A stretch of 64,000 nt of DNA, taken from Anaerolineae bacterium (GTDB lineage: Bacteria; Chloroflexota; Anaerolineae; CG2-30-64-16). A program made the position numbers and the translations under genes. The notes under the pieces are model-generated. The model saw only the letters and a list, made by a program, of their open reading frames with translations, ran no database searches and had not been told where the DNA came from. The stretch covers positions 8,879 through 72,878 of the forward strand of contig DAOTZV010000098.1 of assembly GCA_034434235.1 (NCBI GenBank), read 5' to 3'. Shown here piece after piece: positions 27,604 through 37,227 of the stretch (positions are counted from its first letter, which is position 1; each line of letters opens with the position of its first letter).

Positions 27604-27722
27604 TCCCCAACCCCCAGCCCCTGGTCTCCCTCCCCCATTCCCTCGCCCCTCATCCAATCACTTGCCCCGACTTCCACCCCGTGCTATAATTGCGCCAGCG
27701 TTTCACATTGAAAGGCGATCCT

Positions 27723-28559
27723 ATGACCCCAGCCAATCGTATTCGCAGAACCATCGGTAACGTCCTGGTCGTGGCCGGCGTGCTTCTCTTGCTCGTCGGC
27801 TGTTCGATCTTCGCGCGTCAACAACTGGAGGGCGAGCAGTTGCGGGCCGAGCTGCAATCCACGCCGACCGCGGTTGCCGCGCCGGCGACCCCCACGGCCG
27901 CGCCGGCTCCGACCATCGCCCCGCCGACGCCGACCACGGCGCCGACCGTCCCGACGACCCTGCCGCCCACCGCCACGTCTGTTCCGGCCAGTCCCACGCC
28001 GACCGCCACGGAGCCGATCGCCCATGCGGCCGCGGCCAACGCCACGCCCGATCTGCCCGTGCGGATCGTCATCCCCGATCTCAAGCTCGATGCGCCGGTG
28101 GTCGAGATGGGGTGGACCATTGTCAACACGGCCGCCGGACCCCAATCCGATTGGGTCATCCCGAAGAACGCGGCCGGCCACCACATCAACAGTGCAGCGC
28201 TGAACGAAGAAGGCAACATCGTCATCTCCGGGCACAACAACATCGAGGGCAAGGTGTTCGAGGCGATCAGCCTGGCGTGGGACGAGAAGACCAAAGTCCG
28301 CGTAGATGACGTGACCGACCGGTCGGACATCCTGAAGGGGCGCAAGATCGTGCTCTACAACGCGGCCGGCAAGGCTTTCAACTACACGATCAGCGATTTC
28401 CTGCGCCTGAAGGATGCGGGCGTTTCCGCGGAACAGCGGCTGAAGAACGCCCGCTTCATGGATCCAACCCCCGAGCGTCGTCTGACCCTGGTCACATGTT
28501 GGCCACCATGGAGCAACACGCATCGCCTGATCGTCATCGCGACGCCGGCGCAGCCGTGA
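27723..28559 (+). CDS. Sortase-family transpeptidase, N-terminal membrane anchor and Pro/Thr-rich linker
   Basis: Catalytic TLVTC motif (RLTLVTCWP) and conserved His region (ISGHNN). TATAAT at 27685. Confidence 0.75.
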   Translation: MTPANRIRRTIGNVLVVAGVLLLLVGCSIFARQQLEGEQLRAELQSTPTAVAAPATPTAAPAPTIAPPTPTTAPTVPTTLPPTATSVPASPTPTATEPIAHAAAANATPDLPVRIVIPDLKLDAPVVEMGWTIVNTAAGPQSDWVIPKNAAGHHINSAALNEEGNIVISGHNNIEGKVFEAISLAWDEKTKVRVDDVTDRSDILKGRKIVLYNAAGKAFNYTISDFLRLKDAGVSAEQRLKNARFMDPTPERRLTLVTCWPPWSNTHRLIVIATPAQP

Positions 28560-28576
28560 GCGGGTCGCCGGCCGGC

Positions 28577-29611
28577 ATGGCTGTGGCGCGCCGGGGATGG
28601 GGCGTCCGGTTGCAGATCTGGCTGGGCGCGGCCATCGCGCTGGGCACGATCTACCTGGCGGCGCGGGCCGTGGACTTCGGCCAGCTTTTCCGGGCCTTGC
28701 AGGAGGTGCGCCTGCCGTTCGTCCTGGTGGCTTTGGGCACGGCCCTGGGGACCAATGTCCTGAAGGCCGCTCGCTGGCGGGCGTTGTTCCATCCGCGGCC
28801 GGCCCGACTGAGCCTGCTGCAGTTGACCAACCTGATCGTCGTCGGCCAGGCCGTCAACTTCTATATCCCTGCGCGGCTCGGCGAACTCGTGCGGGCCTAT
28901 CTGACGGGCGAAGAGGCGGGCGTCAGCAAAGTCTATGCGCTGGGCACCATCGCCGCGGAAAAGCTCATTGACATCATCGTGTTGGCGCTGTTGATCGCGG
29001 CCATGTTGCCCTTCCTGGCTTTGCCCGATTGGTTGGCCGGCCGGATCGGGCCCCTTTTTTTGACCGCATTGGCCGTGTGCATCGTGATCGCCGGCCTGGT
29101 CGGCGGCCGGCGGCTGATCTGGCGGCCGATCGAGTGGGGCTTGGGCTTGCTGCCGGCCGCCTGGGGCGAACGCTGGCGAACGCGGCTGCGCGCCGGCCTG
29201 GATGGGTTGAGCGCGTTGGGTTCGCCGCGAGCCGCCGCGGCGGTGTGGGGATGGACGATTGCCTTTTGGCTGGTCGCAGCGTTCACCAATTACCTGCTGC
29301 TGTTGGCTTTCGATCTGCCGGCCTCGGCCTTGATGGCCTTCTTCCTGTTGGCCGTCCTTCAGGCGGGAGTGGCCGTGCCGTCTACGCCGGGCAAGATCGG
29401 GGTGTTTCACTACCTGTGCATCCTGGGCCTGGGTGTGTTCAATGTGTCGGCGACGACCGGCCTGGCGTATGGCCTGGTGCTCCATGCGCTGGTGGTCGGG
29501 GGCGTGAGCTTGTGGGCGGCCGCGGCGTTGTGGCGACGGAGCTGGAACCTGCGTCGCCTGGCCGAGGCATCCCGAGATGGATCGGATCAGCTTGAAGGGA
29601 GACAGATATGA
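28577..29611 (+). CDS. Lysylphosphatidylglycerol-synthase-TM-like / flippase-like integral membrane protein
   Basis: ~8 TM helices. Pattern resembles the LPG_synthase_TM (UPF0104) family; no C-terminal synthase domain. Confidence 0.5.
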   Translation: MAVARRGWGVRLQIWLGAAIALGTIYLAARAVDFGQLFRALQEVRLPFVLVALGTALGTNVLKAARWRALFHPRPARLSLLQLTNLIVVGQAVNFYIPARLGELVRAYLTGEEAGVSKVYALGTIAAEKLIDIIVLALLIAAMLPFLALPDWLAGRIGPLFLTALAVCIVIAGLVGGRRLIWRPIEWGLGLLPAAWGERWRTRLRAGLDGLSALGSPRAAAAVWGWTIAFWLVAAFTNYLLLLAFDLPASALMAFFLLAVLQAGVAVPSTPGKIGVFHYLCILGLGVFNVSATTGLAYGLVLHALVVGGVSLWAAAALWRRSWNLRRLAEASRDGSDQLEGRQI

Positions 29612-30282
29612 AGCGCGAATTCCGCCTGGCGGGCTATCTTCTGCTGCTGGCGATCTTGCTGGGATCGCTGGCCGCCGGCCCGCAGGTTTGGGCTACGCCA
29701 GATCAAACCGCGAGCAACCAGACGGTGCCCACGCGGACACCGAAGCCGCCCGCGCCGACCGTTGCGCCCACGGCCGCGCCGCGGCCCACGTCTGAGCCGC
29801 AGCCGACCGCGCCGCAACCCACTGCCACAGCGCCCGTCGCGGCCACGCCGTCGCCCACGGCCGTCGCGCCGGCGGGTCGCGTCGACTTGAGCCTGGCGCT
29901 GAGCGTCGCTCCGGTGCAGGTCTGGTCGGGCGTGACGGTGGTCTACACATTGACGGTGACGAACCTTTCGATGAGCGCCCTGCGCGATGTCGTGTTGCTC
30001 GATCCGTTGCCCGCCGACCTGGAGCCCGGCGCGATCCTGGTCGGCCGCGACGTCGGCTGGCAATCCGGCGCCCTGCGCGCCACCTTCGCGGAGCTGGCGG
30101 CCGGCGCACAGGCCGAGGTGATCTTCACGGCGAAGGTGGCGGCCGGGGTGCCGGCCGGCAAGGTGATCGTCAACCGGGCTACGGCCACGGCCGGCGCGGC
30201 GTCGGCCAGCGCGAGCGCGGCCATCGCCATGCCGCCGGCCGAGCTGCCCGCCGTCGGGAGCGGTGCCGTCTGCATTCGTTGA
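29608..30282 (+). CDS. Secreted DUF11 (conserved repeat domain) protein
   Basis: Signal peptide, Pro/Thr/Ala linker, DUF11-like block VVYTLTVTNLSMSALRDVVLLDPLP. Stop codon lies inside a 23-bp tandem repeat. Confidence 0.55.
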   Translation: MKREFRLAGYLLLLAILLGSLAAGPQVWATPDQTASNQTVPTRTPKPPAPTVAPTAAPRPTSEPQPTAPQPTATAPVAATPSPTAVAPAGRVDLSLALSVAPVQVWSGVTVVYTLTVTNLSMSALRDVVLLDPLPADLEPGAILVGRDVGWQSGALRATFAELAAGAQAEVIFTAKVAAGVPAGKVIVNRATATAGAASASASAAIAMPPAELPAVGSGAVCIR

Positions 30283-30330
30283 CGTATTTTGTCTACATTC
30301 GTTAACGTATTTTGTCTACATTCGTTGACG
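30273..30330. repeat. 23-bp direct tandem repeat x2.5 (CATTCGTTGACGTATTTTGTCTA)
   Basis: Units at 30273-30295 and 30296-30318 plus a partial copy. Spans DUF11 stop and the region immediately upstream of the DUF2723 ATG. Confidence 0.8.
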
Positions 30331-30338
30331 TTTCCTGG

Positions 30339-31934
30339 ATGAAGCTCGCCCGTTCCCGGCTGTTGGAGGACGCCTGGCCGGCGCTCTGCGCCGGGGCCGG
30401 CGCGCTGGCGCTCTATCTCTGCACGGCCGCGTCGGGCCTCACCTGGGCGCACCACGGCGCCGACGGCGGCGACCTGCTGGCTGCCGCGCTGACGCACGGG
30501 GTCCCTCACCCCACGGGCTATCCCACCTATCAGTTGCTGCTGAGCGCGGCCGTCGGGCTTTGGCCCCAGGCGCCGGCGCGCGCGGGCAATCTGCTCTCCG
30601 CGGTCGCTGCCGCGTTGGCCGTCGCGTTCCTGGCCGATCTGACCCGGCGCACGCTGAGCGGCCGTCCGGCCGGCGCGGCGGCCGCGGCCGGCGTGGCCGC
30701 GGGCTGGATCTGGGCCACCTCGCCCGGTTTGTGGAGCCAGGCGGTCATCACCGAGGTCTACGCGCTCAACGCGCTGGCCGTGATCGCGCTCCTGTGGCTG
30801 GCGTGGCGCGGGCGAGAGGCGGCGTTGGCCGGCCGTCGCGTCGGTCCCTGGCTGGCGGCGGCCGGCCTGATCTTCGGCCTGGGATTGGGCAATCATCTGA
30901 CCCTGGCGCTTTTGTTTCCGGCCCTGGTGATCTGGTGGGCGGATCTTGCGGGCCCGCCGCGGGCCGACGCACGCGGCCACGCCCGGCCGCGGCTCGCGAG
31001 GAGCGCCTGGGCGCCGGCCCTGATCGCGTGCGCGCTCGGGCTGGCGGTCTACGCCTATCTGCCGTGGGCGGCGCGCCGCGGGCCGCCGATCAACTGGGGC
31101 GATCCCGCCACGGCCGATGGCTTCTGGTGGCTCGTTTCGGGAAGCATCTACCGGCGGATGGTCTTCGGGATCGGCCTGGCCGATTGGCCCCATCGCCTGG
31201 TGGCCTGGGCCGCGGAGGCCGGTCGGCAGCTTGGTGGGGGGCCGTGGGGCGCGGGGCTGGCGCTGCTGGGCGCCTGGCGACTGGGGCAGGAACACCCCTC
31301 CTGGCAACGGGCCGTGGCCCTCGCGGCCGCGCTCTTCACCCTGTACGGGATCGGCTACGACGCGGCCGATTCCTACGTCTATTTGATCCCGGCCTGGGCG
31401 GTCGCCGGCCTCTGGTTCGGCTGGGGCGCGGCGCGGTTGGCCGCACAGCTTGCCGCGCGGAGCACCGCCCGATGGGGCACGGCGCTGCTGATCGCGCTGA
31501 CGATCGGCCTGCCGACGCTCGCCGCGGCGCGCTGGTGGCCGCAGATGGACCTGAGCCGCGATCGGGCCGCGGCCGATTACCTGGCAGAGGTCGAACGGAC
31601 GGCCGACCGCGGCGCGATCATCCTGGTCGGCGGCGATCAGGCCACCTTTGCGCTGTGGTACGACCGCTATGGGCTGCGCCGTCGGCCCGATCTGATTCCG
31701 GTCAACGTGCACCTGTACGACTTCCCGTGGTATCAGGCCGCACTGATGCGTTACCATCCGGCCCTGGCCGATCTGGCCGCGGCGTCGGGCAAGCTGCCGA
31801 CGGTGGAGGAGTTCGTACGCGTAGCCGCCGCGCGCGGGCCGCTCTACCGCGGGGATGCGCTCGCCGGCTTCGAGACCGGCCTGCGCGAGACGGCCGCCGG
31901 CGTCCTGGTGCGTTTGTCGTTGCCGGAGAGATGA
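30339..31934 (+). CDS. DUF2723 (TMEM260-like, GT-C fold) putative protein O-glycosyltransferase
   Basis: Multi-TM protein with hallmark HGADGGDLLAAALTHGVPHPTGYP block characteristic of DUF2723. Confidence 0.55.
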   Translation: MKLARSRLLEDAWPALCAGAGALALYLCTAASGLTWAHHGADGGDLLAAALTHGVPHPTGYPTYQLLLSAAVGLWPQAPARAGNLLSAVAAALAVAFLADLTRRTLSGRPAGAAAAAGVAAGWIWATSPGLWSQAVITEVYALNALAVIALLWLAWRGREAALAGRRVGPWLAAAGLIFGLGLGNHLTLALLFPALVIWWADLAGPPRADARGHARPRLARSAWAPALIACALGLAVYAYLPWAARRGPPINWGDPATADGFWWLVSGSIYRRMVFGIGLADWPHRLVAWAAEAGRQLGGGPWGAGLALLGAWRLGQEHPSWQRAVALAAALFTLYGIGYDAADSYVYLIPAWAVAGLWFGWGAARLAAQLAARSTARWGTALLIALTIGLPTLAAARWWPQMDLSRDRAAADYLAEVERTADRGAIILVGGDQATFALWYDRYGLRRRPDLIPVNVHLYDFPWYQAALMRYHPALADLAAASGKLPTVEEFVRVAAARGPLYRGDALAGFETGLRETAAGVLVRLSLPER

Positions 31935-32209
31935 GGCGGATGATCGGGCTTCCCGCCACAGACGCTTTTTCTCGGCGCGCCCGGCGCGATTCTCAAGCGA
32001 GAGAAGTTGCGAAGTAGGGGCTTCCAGCCGGTCTGCCCGCCCTGGCTACGCCACGCGGGCCAGGGCGACCGGCGTCGTCGGCGTTGCAAGCGTCGTCTTG
32101 GGTGGCCAGACGGGAGACTCGCCCGCCGATCAAGTCGGCGGGCTACCGAACGGCGCCCCCTGCCTGGGGCTATAACGGCTGGCGGCCAAGGCTCGCGGCC
32201 GCCAGCCCG

Positions 32210-32265
32210 CTTCAGCGGGCGTTGCCTGGGTAGCACGGGCACTTCATGCCCGTGCAGCGTCCGAG
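32210..32265. repeat. Family-C double-hairpin repeat, copy 2
   Basis: CGCCAGCCCGCTTCAGCGGGCGTTGCCTGGGTAGCACGGGCACTTCATGCCCGTGC; 2 mismatches vs copy 1. Confidence 0.8.
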
Positions 32266-32296
32266 GGCACAGCAATCCTATTCACGTGAGAGGTTC

Positions 32297-34132
32297 ATGA
32301 CGCGCAAGGCAATCCTCATCCTTTTGTGCGCCCTGCTCGTGGTGGCCGCCGGCTGGTTGGGCTGGACGGCCTATCGCGCGGCCGCCTCTGCCCGGCTCGC
32401 GCTGGCCGACCTGCGCCAGCTCCAGGCATTGGCCGCCGACCCGCAGCCGCAGGCGTTGCCGGCGTTGCGTCAGTCCCTCGCCGGGCTGGAGGAACACCTG
32501 ATCGCCACGCGGGCCGCGGCGCGGCCGTTTCTGTGGCTTGCGCCGGGCCTGGGCTGGATACCCGAATACGGGCCGACCCTGCGCGACGCGCCCGCCTTGT
32601 TGGATATGGCCATCGAGCTGGCCGGTGCCGGCCGACAGGCGCTCGACGTGGTGGCGCCGCTCGCCGATTTGCCCGGCCGATCGGGCCAGGGCGAATGGAT
32701 CGGCCAGATGCTGACGGCCATCTCGGCAGCCGGGCCGCAGCTCGAGGCGGCCGACGCACGTCTGGCCCGCGCCGAAGCGCTGCGGCAGCGGGTGCAGGGG
32801 CCGTTGCATCCCCGACTGGTGCCGCAGGTCGAACGGCTGGACCGCTATCTGCCGCTCCTGCGCGCCGGATTGCAGGCCGTGCGGGCCGCGCCGGTCCTGA
32901 TGGGCATGGATAGGCCGCGCACCTATCTGGTGCTGGCGCAAAACAACGACGAGATCCGGCCCACCGGCGGCTTCATCAGCGGCGCGGGGCACGTGCGGCT
33001 CGACCGCGGCCGCATCGTCGAGATCCGGCTCAGCGACAGCTATGCGGTGGATAACTTCAAGCAGCCGCATCCCGACCCGCCCCCGGCCCTGCGCGAACAT
33101 ATGGGCGCCGACCTGCTGGTATTCCGCGATAGCAACTGGTCGCCCGATTTTCCGACCAGCGCGCAGGTGGCCCAGGCGCTCTACGCCCAGGATCAGGGGA
33201 TCGCCACCGACGGCGCCATCGCGCTCGACATGGAGGCGGTGCGGCTGCTGGTGGCCGCGCTCGGTCCGTTGGAAGTGCCCGGCCGGCCCGGTCAGATCAC
33301 GGCCGCGAACGTCATTGCCGAGATCAAGCGCGCGTGGGAAGCGCCGACCGCCAGCGCCGATACGGTCGAGAAGCCGACGGCCGACTGGTTCAAGAAGCGC
33401 AAAGACTTCATGAGCGAGATCGCGGCCGCAGCGCTGGCCAGGCTGCTGGATGGCCGCCAGCTCGACCTGTTGGCGCTCGGCCAGGCCGTGCTCGCCATGC
33501 TCGACGAGCGCCATCTCCAGATCGCGGTGGCCGATGAGACGGTGGCCGCGCTGCTGGCCGAACGTCGCTGGGACGGCGCGCTGGCGTTGCCCCGGCAGGG
33601 CGACTTCCTGGCCGTGGTTGATGCCAACGTCGGCTTCAACAAGGCGAACGCCGCGGTCAAACAAGAGATCGGCTATCGCGTGGCGCCGGAGGGGGACGGC
33701 TTGACGGCCACCCTCGTCGTGACCTATACCCATACGGCCCGGCCGTTGCCCGCCAACGCCGCGTGCGAACGCTCGCTCAAGTACGGCGATTCCTACCAGG
33801 CGCTCGCGGAACGCTGCTATTGGGACTATCTGCGCGTCTACGCGCCCGCCGGCAGCGAGCTCCTCGCGGTCGAGGGATTGAACCGCAGCCAGGCGGCACG
33901 CGGGGAAGGCGGCGCGACCGTGTTCAGCGGCGACTTCGTCTTGCGGCCCGGCGCGCAGACGGCGATCACCTTGCGCTACCGGCTCCCGCCGGCCGTTTCC
34001 CCCGCGGACTACACCCTGACCGTCCGCAAGCAGGCCGGCACACTGGCCGTGCCCCTGCGGGTACAGGTCGGCGCGTGCTTGTGGCAAACAGATTTGAAAC
34101 AGGACCGCATGTTTGCGTGTCGAAAGATGTAA
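32297..34132 (+). CDS. DUF4012 domain protein (N-terminal TM anchor), polysaccharide-locus associated
   Basis: Motif YLVLAQNNDEIRPTGGFIS typical of DUF4012. RBS GAGAGG before ATG 32297. Confidence 0.55.
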   Translation: MTRKAILILLCALLVVAAGWLGWTAYRAAASARLALADLRQLQALAADPQPQALPALRQSLAGLEEHLIATRAAARPFLWLAPGLGWIPEYGPTLRDAPALLDMAIELAGAGRQALDVVAPLADLPGRSGQGEWIGQMLTAISAAGPQLEAADARLARAEALRQRVQGPLHPRLVPQVERLDRYLPLLRAGLQAVRAAPVLMGMDRPRTYLVLAQNNDEIRPTGGFISGAGHVRLDRGRIVEIRLSDSYAVDNFKQPHPDPPPALREHMGADLLVFRDSNWSPDFPTSAQVAQALYAQDQGIATDGAIALDMEAVRLLVAALGPLEVPGRPGQITAANVIAEIKRAWEAPTASADTVEKPTADWFKKRKDFMSEIAAAALARLLDGRQLDLLALGQAVLAMLDERHLQIAVADETVAALLAERRWDGALALPRQGDFLAVVDANVGFNKANAAVKQEIGYRVAPEGDGLTATLVVTYTHTARPLPANAACERSLKYGDSYQALAERCYWDYLRVYAPAGSELLAVEGLNRSQAARGEGGATVFSGDFVLRPGAQTAITLRYRLPPAVSPADYTLTVRKQAGTLAVPLRVQVGACLWQTDLKQDRMFACRKM

Positions 34133-34238
34133 GGCGAAATTTATTTCGCCTTTTTCGTTTCGTGAGATGTAAGGCGAAATTTATTTCGCCTTCTTTCGCT
34201 TCGTGAGCTGTAAGACGAAATGAATTTCGTCTTACAGC
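34128..34238. repeat. Family-B palindromic repeats, 3 tandem copies (TGTAAGGCGAAATTTATTTCGCCTT x2, CTGTAAGACGAAATGAATTTCGTCTTACAG)
   Basis: Hairpin units with ~40-bp periodicity starting at the DUF4012 stop codon. Confidence 0.85.
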
Positions 34239-34259
34239 ACTTTGAACGGGAGACTGATC

Positions 34260-34709
34260 GTGAAGATCGAACGGGTCAACGCAGTGACGGATGAGCTGAT
34301 GGCGGCCTTCGAGCAGCTCATCCCGCAGCTCTCATCGTCCAACCCGCCGCCCACGCGGGCCGAGCTCGTCGAGATCGTGAACTCGCCGGCGACCGTGCTC
34401 TTCATTGCGCGCGATGAGGATCGGGGCAACGCGATCGTCGGCGCGCTGACGCTGGCGCTGTTCCGCATTCCCACCGGCCTGCGCGCCTGGATCGAAGATG
34501 TGATCGTGGACGTCGGGAGCCGCGGCAAGGGGATCGGCGAGGCGCTCTGCCGGGCGGCGCTGCAACACGCCCGCGATGCCGGCGCCACGACGGTGGATCT
34601 GACGTCGCGGCCATCGCGCGAAGCCGCCAACCGCCTCTATCAACGGCTGGGCTTCGAGCGCCGCGACACGAACGTCTATCGCTACAAGCTGGGTCGCGGC
34701 TCCGGGTGA
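34260..34709 (+). CDS. GNAT family N-acetyltransferase
   Basis: Acetyl-CoA binding motif RGKGIGEAL. Start set at GTG 34260 with GGGAGA RBS (track TTG 34242 lies in repeat); start uncertain. Confidence 0.6.
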   Translation: MKIERVNAVTDELMAAFEQLIPQLSSSNPPPTRAELVEIVNSPATVLFIARDEDRGNAIVGALTLALFRIPTGLRAWIEDVIVDVGSRGKGIGEALCRAALQHARDAGATTVDLTSRPSREAANRLYQRLGFERRDTNVYRYKLGRGSG

Positions 34710-35647
34710 ACCAGGAGCCGCTCGATCTCCGCGAGGGACGCGACCCGCGTTCGTTGCACTTCTCGCCGCCAGCCGAGCACCTTCGGCAGGCCGAGCAGGC
34801 CCGCGATCTGGCCCCGCAAACGGGCGCGGGCGGCCGCGCCGCGCCATGCGGCCAGCGCGTCGCGCGCGATCTTGAGCTGGGCCGCGACGATGGAACCGAA
34901 GTGCCGGCGGATGAGCGGGCCGGGCATGTCCTTGGCGATCACCCATAGCGTGTTGCGGCCCACGTAGAAGCTGGCCAGCGTGCCGCCGCCGGTGGCGCTC
35001 AGGTGATGATAGAGCCGGGCTTGCGGCGCAAAGACGGCGCGCCATCCCAAGAGTTGCAGCCGCCACGCCAGATCCACGTCCTCCAGGTACATGAAGAGCC
35101 GCTCGTCGAATCCGCCGGCCTGCTCCCACGCCGTCCGCCGGTAGGCCACCCCGCCGCCGCACCCGCCGAAGATCTCCAGGTCGGCGTCGTATTGGCCCGT
35201 ATCCCGCTCCCACACCCCGCGGTTGCGCGGGATGCCGTCCGCGGCCATGATGTCGCCCGCGTTGTGGAGGGTGTCTCGGCGATCGAAGAGGAGCATCTTG
35301 CTGGCGATCGCGGCCGCCTGCGGATGCGCCCGTGCGGCCTCGACGAGCGCGGCCAACCAGCCCGGCTCGACCTCGGTGTCGTTGTTCAGCATCACCAGCA
35401 GGTCGCCCCGCGCGGCCCGCGCACCGGCATTGCAGGCCGCGGCCAATCCGCTATTGCGCGGCATCTGGACGACGCGGACATCGGGGTAGTGCTGGCGCAC
35501 GAAGGCCACCGAATCATCCGAGGAAGCATCGTCCACCAGGATGACCTCGGTCTTCTCCCGGCCATACGTCTGGCCGGCCACGGCGTCCAGGCAGGTCGTC
35601 AGGAAGCGCCGGCCGTTGTAGTTGGGGATGATGATGCTCACGTTCAT
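34682..35647 (-). CDS. Family 2 glycosyltransferase
   Basis: MNVSIIIPNYNG ... DD ... DxD-like ED motif (GT-A fold). Long ORF-track extension to 36346 is out-of-frame overlap with rmlD. Confidence 0.75.
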   Translation of the reverse strand: MNVSIIIPNYNGRRFLTTCLDAVAGQTYGREKTEVILVDDASSDDSVAFVRQHYPDVRVVQMPRNSGLAAACNAGARAARGDLLVMLNNDTEVEPGWLAALVEAARAHPQAAAIASKMLLFDRRDTLHNAGDIMAADGIPRNRGVWERDTGQYDADLEIFGGCGGGVAYRRTAWEQAGGFDERLFMYLEDVDLAWRLQLLGWRAVFAPQARLYHHLSATGGGTLASFYVGRNTLWVIAKDMPGPLIRRHFGSIVAAQLKIARDALAAWRGAAARARLRGQIAGLLGLPKVLGWRREVQRTRVASLAEIERLLVHPEPRPSL

Positions 35648-36483
35648 GGGGTGAGGGTCGCCATGTAGTCGGCCAAAGCCTCTTGCCACGGCCGCAACGC
35701 GATGCCCAGGCCGGCCGCGGCGGTGTTCGCCAGCACCGCGTGCAACGGCGGCCGCGAGGGCCGCGGCCAGTCGGCGGCCAGGATCGGCGCGATGGGCATG
35801 TCGGGCCGGCCGGCCAGGCGCATGATCTCGCGCGCCCACTCGTAGCGCGAGCAGAAGCCGGCGTTCGTCAGGTGATAGATGCCGTGGTGGCCGGTCGCCG
35901 TCAGCCGGACGATGGCCGCGGCCAGGTCGGGCGCATAGGTCGGATTGCCGAACTCGTCGGCCGCCACGCGCAGCGCGGGGGACTGCGCGGCCGCGGCCAG
36001 GATCTTGGTGACGAAGTTGGTGCCGCCCGGGCCGAAGAGCCAGGCGATGCGCACGATGTAGAAGCGGCCTCCCAACAGGTCGCGCACGATCTGTTCGCCG
36101 GCGGCCTTGCTGCGCGCGTACACGCTCATCGGATTGGGCAGGTCCCACTCGCGATAGAGGTCGCGGCGGGTGCCGTCGAACACCTCGTTCGTGCTGATGT
36201 GCAACAGGGTCGCGGCGGCCCGTTGTGCGGCCAGCGCGACGTTCTGCGTGCCGAACGCGTTGACGCGGAAGGCCCGCTCCGGATCCTTCTCGCAGCCGTC
36301 CACGTCGGTGTAAGCGGCGGCATGGATCACCAGGTCGGGCCGCCACGCGGCCAGGCGATCGCTCATCTCGGCTTGCGTGATGTCTTCCTCGGGCAGATCA
36401 ATGCCCCACAGTTCGTGGCCGGCAAAAGCGGCCATCAACTGACGGCCGAGTTGCCCCTTTGCTCCCGTAATTGCAATTCGCAT
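35644..36483 (-). CDS. rmlD: dTDP-4-dehydrorhamnose reductase
   Basis: MRIAITGAKGQLG Rossmann motif, YARSK catalytic motif, RmlD length (279 aa). ATGA overlap with pcm. Confidence 0.8.
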   Translation of the reverse strand: MRIAITGAKGQLGRQLMAAFAGHELWGIDLPEEDITQAEMSDRLAAWRPDLVIHAAAYTDVDGCEKDPERAFRVNAFGTQNVALAAQRAAATLLHISTNEVFDGTRRDLYREWDLPNPMSVYARSKAAGEQIVRDLLGGRFYIVRIAWLFGPGGTNFVTKILAAAAQSPALRVAADEFGNPTYAPDLAAAIVRLTATGHHGIYHLTNAGFCSRYEWAREIMRLAGRPDMPIAPILAADWPRPSRPPLHAVLANTAAAGLGIALRPWQEALADYMATLTP

Positions 36484-37211
36484 CAATAGTAGTCTCCGTT
36501 GTAGACCGAAGCGCGATTGTCCTGGGGGAAGAGCATCTGCAGTTCCTTCCGGATGGCCTCCAGGGCCGGATCGGCCTCTTCCTGCCTGCGCGATGCGGTG
36601 GCCACCAGCGGCACGAAGCGCACCTCGGCCAGGAACTCGCGGCGAAAATGCCCCCCTTCCTTGTGGATGCACCACAAGATCTGGTCCCAGCTCGTTTCCC
36701 CGATCGGGATCACCATGCGGCCGCCCTCGGCGAGCTGGGCGGCCAGGGCCGGCGGCACATCGGCCGAGGCCGCGGTGACGATGATCGCGTCGTAGGGCGC
36801 ATGTTCCGGCCACCCCAGCCGGCCGTCGCCCATTTTGACCTGCACCGGATAGCCCAGGGCCTTCAGGCGTTGCCGGGCGCTTTCGGCCAGCTCGGGCACG
36901 GTCTCCACGCTCCACACGTGCGGCGTGATGTGGGCCAGGACCGCGGCCTGGTAGCCGGAGCCGGTGCCGATCTCCAGGACGCGACTGGTGGGGGTGAGGC
37001 GCAACGCCTGCGTCATCAGCGCGACGATGTAGGGCTGGGAGATCGTCTGGTTGTGGCCGATGGGCAACGGGACATCGTCGTAGGCGTGGTCGCGGTAGTG
37101 GGCCGGCACAAACAGGTGGCGCGGCACGGCAATCATGGCCGCGCGCACGGCCGGATCGGTGATGTCCGGCCAACGCGCGAGCCACTCGGTAGCCCGTGTC
37201 TGCTCGCTCAT
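36483..37211 (-). CDS. pcm: Protein-L-isoaspartate O-methyltransferase
   Basis: SAM motif VLEIGTGSGY and PIMT signature TISQPYIVALM. Confidence 0.8.
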   Translation of the reverse strand: MSEQTRATEWLARWPDITDPAVRAAMIAVPRHLFVPAHYRDHAYDDVPLPIGHNQTISQPYIVALMTQALRLTPTSRVLEIGTGSGYQAAVLAHITPHVWSVETVPELAESARQRLKALGYPVQVKMGDGRLGWPEHAPYDAIIVTAASADVPPALAAQLAEGGRMVIPIGETSWDQILWCIHKEGGHFRREFLAEVRFVPLVATASRRQEEADPALEAIRKELQMLFPQDNRASVYNGDYY

Positions 37212-37227
37212 GGCAGGGCCTCCAGAT

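Noticed and set aside
29608-30282. DUF11 protein C-terminus (LPAVGSG) as a sortase substrate
   Set aside because: No hydrophobic segment or charged tail follows; the protein ends 7 residues later inside the 23-bp repeat. It cannot be called a sorting signal.
34682-36346. 554-aa ORF spanning GT2 and rmlD region
   Set aside because: Only the C-terminal 321 aa (from MNVSIIIPNYNG) are glycosyltransferase. The upstream part is an alternate-frame overlap of the rmlD gene, which is cleanly encoded 35644-36483.
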